Assembly: GCA_951406725.2 (NCBI GenBank)
Contig: OX597825.1
Coordinates: forward strand, 35,588,001-35,652,000
DNA: 64,000 nucleotides
Reading direction: 5' to 3'
Origin: Octopus vulgaris
Lineage: Eukaryota
The position numbers and the translations under genes are program-made. Within the stretch, counting starts at the first letter, position 1. Each line of letters opens with the position of its first letter. The notes under the pieces are model-generated. The model had not been told where the DNA came from. It saw only the letters and a program-made list of their open reading frames with translations, and searched no databases. Positions 60,686 to 64,000 of this stretch are shown piece after piece.

Positions 60686-61830
60686 CTACGAGCTGCCATT
60701 GGTGCTGATACTTCCAAGTGCAACAATTATTATTGGTATTTCATCTACTCTCCTCATTGACCACAATCTTAGTATTTCCCACTTCAAATCGTCATAGCTG
60801 TTCAGTTTTTCTTCTTTCTTTTTGATCCTGTCGTCACCGGAGCGCGAAATTTTTTCCCCACGAGAGTTCCGGACCCCAGTAATGAATTCATTTGCATACA
60901 GCCAATCAGAGCTCACCTTGACCTTGTTGTCAAGTTAACAAACACAGTCTACAAAGTAAACTCAAGACGAAGAACGGTTTTGTAAATCGACCGATCGCCA
61001 AGCTATGCATTATTTTAGGAGTCAAATAATGAGATAGATTTGCATCTATACCTATTATCGGATTTTGTTAGGGCCCCATATCGTAAAGATGTGGATAGGA
61101 AAAATGTGGGTAGCGGGTGATGTGCTGGCAGCCCTCTCCTCTTACTATTTTACAAATTAAACAACAACACAAATAACCACACAGAGGCAGCCATGTTTGA
61201 AACAAGAACAACAAGTATTATTAAAAGAGAAAAGAAGCATGATAATTTCTTAACCAAGTGACCTTATCTTATCGCCTGATTGGGTGAAAACGATCAAACT
61301 TTTAACTTCTATAACTTTTTGAAAACATTTTTCTGGAAAAAATGAAATAACTCCAACAATTCAGTTTGGACAAGTGTATTATTGTGCCAACGTCGGAGTA
61401 ACCAGTGAACATCAACGGATCGACAGCAAGAAGGAAGAAATATTATTTACATTCGTTTGCCCGTCAAGTAGTTAGAAAAGTAGTACTTGTAGTGATAACG
61501 AAATGTTTTTTCGATAGTGACAAAAAGGTTGCTGTCTACCAGTAGAGAGGGAAAGAGTAAGGAATGCACGGTGCTGACTAGAAAGGAAGGAAGGTAAATG
61601 TGGCTCTGCTTTAATTGGCTGTATGCAAATGAGTTAATTCCTGGGGTCTGGAACTCTCGTGGGAAAACATTTTCGTCACCCGGACATGCTATGTTGATTA
61701 TTATGCATGTTCTTTCTCTTTTTTTAAATCCACAGCAATGTCCAGTTTCCGATGTCTGGTCAGGATATCGCACTGAATCATAGCATCCCACAGGATTTTG
61801 CAATTTTTATTCTCGGTGACTCCTTCCAGG
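60686..61830 (-). mobile_element. Fragment of an RLE-type (R4/Dong-like) non-LTR retrotransposon, interrupted by the transposon at 60839-61672
   Basis: Joining the flanks gives KKRERTCIIINIACPGD|DRIKKKEEKLNSYDDLKWEILRLWSMRRVDEIPIIIVALGSI, typical of the restriction-like endonuclease C-terminus (K..Y.DL). Confidence 0.8.
60839..61672. mobile_element. Non-autonomous DNA transposon with about 80-bp TIRs and 8(-9)-bp TSD
   Basis: Inverted repeat TTCCCACGAGAGTTCC(G/A)GACCCCAG...CATTTGCATACAGCCAAT at about 60850-60925 and 61590-61670. TCGTCACC is duplicated at 60831-60838 and 61673-61680. It splits a LINE endonuclease region. Confidence 0.8.
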
Positions 61831-62970
61831 TTTTGCTCATACGACGTTTTTGCTCTTTGTAGGGACGAGCTGACAGAATTGTTGGCACGCCGGACAAAAT
61901 GCTTAGCGGTATTTCACCCGTTCTTACATTCTGAGTTCAAATTCCACCGAAGTCGACTTTTTCTTTCTTCCTTTCGGGTCGATGAAAAAAGTATCGGTCG
62001 AGTACTGGGGTCGATATAATCGACTATCCTCCTCCCCCAATTTCAGGCCTTTTGCCTATAGGAGAAAGGATTATTATTGTTGGTGGTGGTGGTGTTGGTG
62101 TTGGTGTTGTTGTTTAAGGTTGGTTTATTTTTCTAGTAATCCTTCCTAATAAGATTAAGACAGAATCAATTTAAAACGTGCCTATAAAAGAGTGACAAAA
62201 TGATTATAATTTGTAGGCCTTTCAAAGTTAATTTAACATTTAGTTAATTTAAGAAAATTAATTTAACATTGAATTTGATATGAAAGAAGTTAAATCATTA
62301 AAAAGTAAAAATAAAATATTAAAAAGTTATTAAACAGATTATTTAATAACTTTTAATATTCACAAATACGTTCCGCGTATTCGGGATATCCAAGTTTATT
62401 TTTGTAATTTCTCGGACTGGTCAGTTTCATTTCTTGTCCTGTGCACCGATAATGCGAGCTAAAAACCAAAGATCGCCGAAAATTTAGGTATAAAGCAGCA
62501 CTAACAGCATATTTATGATTAAATTTTGTATTAATCTTGTTTACCAGCTTCTTTACTCAATGTTTTTTAAAGCTAAAATTTATATAAATCAGGAACTACA
62601 AGAACAGTAAACAAAAGTGAAAACCTCTGTTGAGAGCAGTTAAGAACCAGAGTGGTCTCCCTTGCTTGCTAACTGGAATAGATTATGCTTCGTGGAGGAC
62701 ATCGACTTCTCTTTTATATTGTTTCAGGCATTGGACTGCAGCTCAGCTTTGTCAGGTTTTAGTCAAACAAATGGACCCCAGTATTATTTTTCTAAAGCCT
62801 GGTACTTATTCTATCAATCGCGTATATCAAACAGCGATGTAAACAAACCAATATCGGTTGTCAAGCAGTGGTGGGGAACAAGCACAAACACAAAGACGCA
62901 CGCGCGCACACACGCACACACATAGACGCGCGCACACGCACACACATAGACGCGCGCACACGCACACACA

Positions 62971-63013
<43 letters not shown>

Positions 63014-64000
63014 AAACACACACACACACCACGGCCTCACTCGATTGGGACTACACGTGTGTTACTTTGATATTATCATTCTATAAAATTTGTTTATGAG
63101 AAGAAAAATATCAATAGATGTGTGAATGAGAGAGAAACGAGGGAGGTTTGGGGATGTGCCAGAAACAACAGCCAGATCTTTAAACCACACATTTTCCTCT
63201 GAAATTATTAACAATATTTTAAAACCAAAAATGTTTCTCACAGGTTTTAAGTGCGTAGTGAAAAAAAAAAAAGGCAAAATCGTTTTGGATTGGGGTAGCG
63301 AGGGTAGTGGGAGTGAAAAAAAATTTTTTTTCAAAATTGAAAAAAAAAAAAAAATTCGTGAAAAGATGCCTCCAATCATTCTGAAGACTGGTGAAAAACA
63401 TTGGAAAAAATCCCCGTCAAAACGGAGAAATTCCAACTTATGAGGGCCGTCTGAACCGAAACTCCCTTTTTCAGAACCTCACCCCTTCCGCTCCCTTCCA
63501 AAAATTTTGCCTGCGAATTTCTTTATAATTGAAATCTGAACCGTTTGAAATGTATTTGTATAAAATTTCATCTAAAATACCTATTTTCCAGAAAGTTATG
63601 AGATGGAAAATGTCAGATCATGTGAATTTTCGAAACTCCTCATCCCAACCCCTTGGAAAAATTTTTCCAACAAATCTTTGCATACACTTAATCTACAGGA
63701 TATAAGCGATTATATGGTGAAAGCTTCGTTTTAAAAGTATACATTTTTCTGGCAGTTATGAGACAACAAAGTCGGTGGGGTATTAAACTGTAGGTTATGT
63801 CTTTTTTCAATAAAAGTTAATGTTAACGGATTTACGTTAACTTCGTTACACTTTCAAAGAATTAACGGATCAGTAAAGTTAACAACTTTTTTTCATTCGC
63901 GAAGTATGCATTTTTTAAAAGACAGTAAAACATCTGAAAATCGGCTATAATATTGTTTTCCAGTCTTATTGCTCTGAAGGTATGATGTTGTGGAGAAAAA

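Overview
AT-rich, microsatellite- and transposon-dense animal genomic DNA. The SINE/LINE families and the (TA)n/(CA)n load point to an octopus (coleoid cephalopod); this is an inference. One protein-coding gene is clear: the 5' part of a sorting nexin SNX1/SNX2 orthologue on the minus strand. Exon 1 is 48579-48496, exon 2 is 10433-10334, a probable 78-nt cassette exon is 10093-10016, and the next exon is 1314-1213. The PX/BAR exons must lie left of the window. The rest is intron or upstream DNA containing two mariners, a rosa-like Tc1/mariner deletion derivative, Mutator- and hAT-like MITEs, an RTE LINE, a young Penelope element, RLE-LINE fragments and many tRNA-derived SINEs. The main leads are: (1) several minimal hammerhead ribozyme variants at Penelope-type ends; (2) a frame-preserving SNX2 cassette exon with a downstream UGCAUG that splits a DLF motif region; (3) a CpG-retaining island and a strand-skew flip inside the 38-kb first intron, suggesting an internal promoter, a nested antisense unit or an inversion; (4) pseudoknot-like RNA cassettes in retroelements; (5) a templated repair insertion with a snap-back junction. 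Nearly all ORFs in the supplied track are microsatellite or repeat artefacts.
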